Under the pieces are notes generated by a model. That model searched no databases. It was not told where the DNA came from and saw nothing but the letters and a program-made list of their open reading frames with translations. DNA of 63,995 bases, the filler included, from Circinaria calcarea (taxonomy: Eukaryota), in assembly GCA_051942165.1 (NCBI GenBank). It is 3 parts of 3 records of this genome, joined end to end, with 100 filler letters (N's around TTAATTAATTAA, not from the genome) between each part and the next. Parts side by side here need not be neighbours in the genome. Positions count along the whole stretch, not along the records: positions 44,222 to 63,995 come from JAVECS010000192.1; 2 more parts are not named here. The stretch is one strand, 5' to 3'. The translations under genes were made by a program, and so were the position numbers. Numbering within the stretch: the stretch's first letter is position 1; every line of letters starts with the position of its first letter. Below are positions 61,675 to 63,995 of this stretch, in pieces.

Positions 61675-62253
61675 TCAAGGGCTAGCTGGTGGCAGCGGTT
61701 GCGAATGCGGAACCGTCTTCGTCGGCCGTGGGATCATCGACGTGCGGTCTGCAATGACGGTTCTGATATTAAAAATCGGGTTTACTCGTCCTGATACGCC
61801 CTCGTCCGATTCCGAATCTCCAAGTCCGAGCTCGGAAGAATTGCTCCGCCGCTCCGAAGAAGCCCCGACCTCTGATGATCCCTTGTCACTGTTACTGGTG
61901 TTTCCACCCAACAGTTCCTTCACCTTCAAGCCCGCCTCCCGGTCTGCCAACCGTTTCCATCCCGCTCTCTCCTCCCGCACCGCAAAGTCCCACTTTCCAT
62001 TCTCGCACTTCTCCATTTCCAGCGCGCGCAAGTTCCGTTCCTGTTCGCGCCGGCAAGCTTTGCAGAGGCTGTCAAGCTTGATGGTTTGATAGGGGTGATA
62101 TTGCCGGTCCGGGCAGGTGAAGTCTGTTTGGAGAGAGGGATGAGGGACTAAAGGGGTCGGGGTCGAGGGGCCGAGGAGGGAGCAAGCGCGGAGGAGGGGA
62201 CCCCAGACGGGGTGGCCACATTGTGTGTGGATGAAGAGGCGGTGGTAGCACAT
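61675..62253 (-). CDS. Hypothetical protein with N-terminal Cys/His putative zinc-binding motif
   Basis: MCYH...CGH...C...CP...HP...CKAC followed by a charged helix and a Ser-rich tail. Confidence 0.6.
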   Translation of the reverse strand: MCYHRLFIHTQCGHPVWGPLLRACSLLGPSTPTPLVPHPSLQTDFTCPDRQYHPYQTIKLDSLCKACRREQERNLRALEMEKCENGKWDFAVREERAGWKRLADREAGLKVKELLGGNTSNSDKGSSEVGASSERRSNSSELGLGDSESDEGVSGRVNPIFNIRTVIADRTSMIPRPTKTVPHSQPLPPASP

Positions 62254-63057
62254 GCTTCGGAAGAGTTCTATCAGCGGTTTCGAGGCTTGATCTACGGGGT
62301 ATTGAACTATGCAAGGTAGCGTTTAGAGGGGTTCATGTTGTGGCAGACTAAGTATATATGTATGTCGCTGTTCTTTGTTCTGGGTTACGGATTAATGTCA
62401 TTTGTTGCCTACATCAAGCTGTGGCCGCTTGCGGACTCTGGACAAGAGGTTAAACTATAGTCGAGCATGAAATACAGCCTCTGAAAAGGGCCCCTTGTTC
62501 TCGGAAGCCCAAGACAAGCGTAAAACTCAGTAAAGAGCTTAAAGTGCAAGGTGGAAGATGTACCTATCCCAAATCTATTGCTCGGGAAAACTGAGCTATA
62601 CATTTTCCTGCAGAGATATTCGTACCAGCTTTAAATAAATCACAATCTGCCATGTTGCTTCCCTTAAAACTCCCTTGAAGCGTCAAGATGTCGTCCCTTG
62701 GTGCCAATGCGAAGATTGAATAATATGTTGAACATGATGGTCTTTAATAACTCTAAAGAATCAAGGCTCGGAAAATCCCAAGGTTTTACATTGGTCAAGC
62801 ACTAGGCGTTGCTCGCTCGGGATCACCCACTATTTTCCTTTGACATGCAGTACTTTGCCAGGGGCGTTCCTGCGATTCACTCGATAGGATGCGTGTTCGT
62901 TGGCTTAGTTTGATTCACTCGGTAGGAGGATGTTTCTTCACCTGTTGCACTCTAGACGCCCCAGCCCAGCAGGAAACCCCTCCCCAACTTCTTCCACCCT
63001 AAGATTAGTATATCTTGTATCTCCCCGTCATCACACCGGATTTTTAGAATTAGGCTT

Positions 63058-63086
63058 CTTCGAGCTCCTTCGAGCTCCTTCGAGCT
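63058..63086 (+). repeat. Tandem repeat of about 3 x 10 bp (CTTCGAGCTC)
   Basis: cttcgagctc cttcgagctc cttcgagct. Confidence 0.8.
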
Positions 63087-63995
63087 GAAAACTGAGAACT
63101 GGGACAAACTGGAGGTATGCTACGGGAATGGCGCAGACTTGGGAGTTGCTAAATTCGCGGGTGACGAGTCCGGGGGTGAGAATTCAGAATAAATGGGAAT
63201 GGGAATGAGATCGATGGGAACAGGATCAATAGATATTTCGTAAGCTGCCACGACACCTCGTACCGAAAAAGACGCAGGTCACTCCTTTCCCCCTCCGGAA
63301 ACCCCCCCAAAAACGAAAGAAAATAAGAGAGAAATAAGATGAGTACATTAGCGTCTCATTTCAGAACAGTTAAATCTGTTGGCAAAATACAATGCAGAAT
63401 TCCCAACCGCCCCAGCTCGCGTGGCTCGCGTTCACAAGATTCATATCAGCAGCGTGAAACTCACCGTCACATCTCGAATCGAGAATCTAGCAAAATGAAC
63501 GCAAAGATTAGCTTGGGCACAGTCTATATACATGCGTGCATGCAAAAAAGGGGGGACATGAGCGAAGTGCTTATACGCCGAGGTTGTGGCGGGATTTGAA
63601 GTCGTCTTCTCTACCGCTAGGCTGGGCGCGGTCATGAGCTTGATGCTTGTGGGGTTTGGGTCTGGGTGTCGTTGTGCAAGAGAGAGGAAGAGAAGAAGAA
63701 GAATAAGTGGTAGTGATTACTTGGAAGGAAAAGTGCGGTAAACCCCTCAGTCTTGTAGTGGTACAGTATCAAACAATTTTCGTTCGAGCATAGGGACTTC
63801 CGGATCAGATAACATTGACTCCTTACCATGTACATACACACGTAATGCTCGTGGCTGCCAGCAATACCGAGTGAAAGCAGAAGGTTTTGGAATTGTTCAT
63901 TATCCATGGCGAACTTCCGTTGTGATCTTTCAACAGAGTGGTGGATCAGATCCCTCGTCTCCTGATTCTCCATCACCATTGGCATTTGCACCCGG

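Noticed and set aside
63339..63991. Short ORFs at the right end of the window
   Set aside because: Low-complexity, UTR-like sequence with no coding bias or motifs.

Overview
Gene-dense, intron-containing DNA from a filamentous ascomycete (Pezizomycotina, inferred from gene content and short GT-AG introns with CTRAC branch sites). It carries about 25 protein-coding genes. Most are housekeeping: TRM732/THADA, TIM23, NC2-alpha/BUR6, FHIP, an APC amino-acid permease, guanine deaminase, NTE1, ISN1, ARP9, a class V PLP enzyme, a DUF3176 protein, TPA1, MNN10, palC and NDUFB10. Two 100-nt scaffold gaps truncate GUD1 and TPA1. The main points of interest are: (1) an intact spliced gene for an RNase HI-fold protein that has lost its catalytic carboxylates; (2) a secreted two-Greek-key beta-gamma-crystallin-like protein with both Ca-binding motifs intact, sitting in a decayed, RIP-like island; (3) a 502-bp hAT-type MITE with perfect TIRs and an 8-bp TSD upstream of the permease. 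No tRNA, rRNA or CRISPR array was found. All family calls come from motif recognition by eye, not from database searches.
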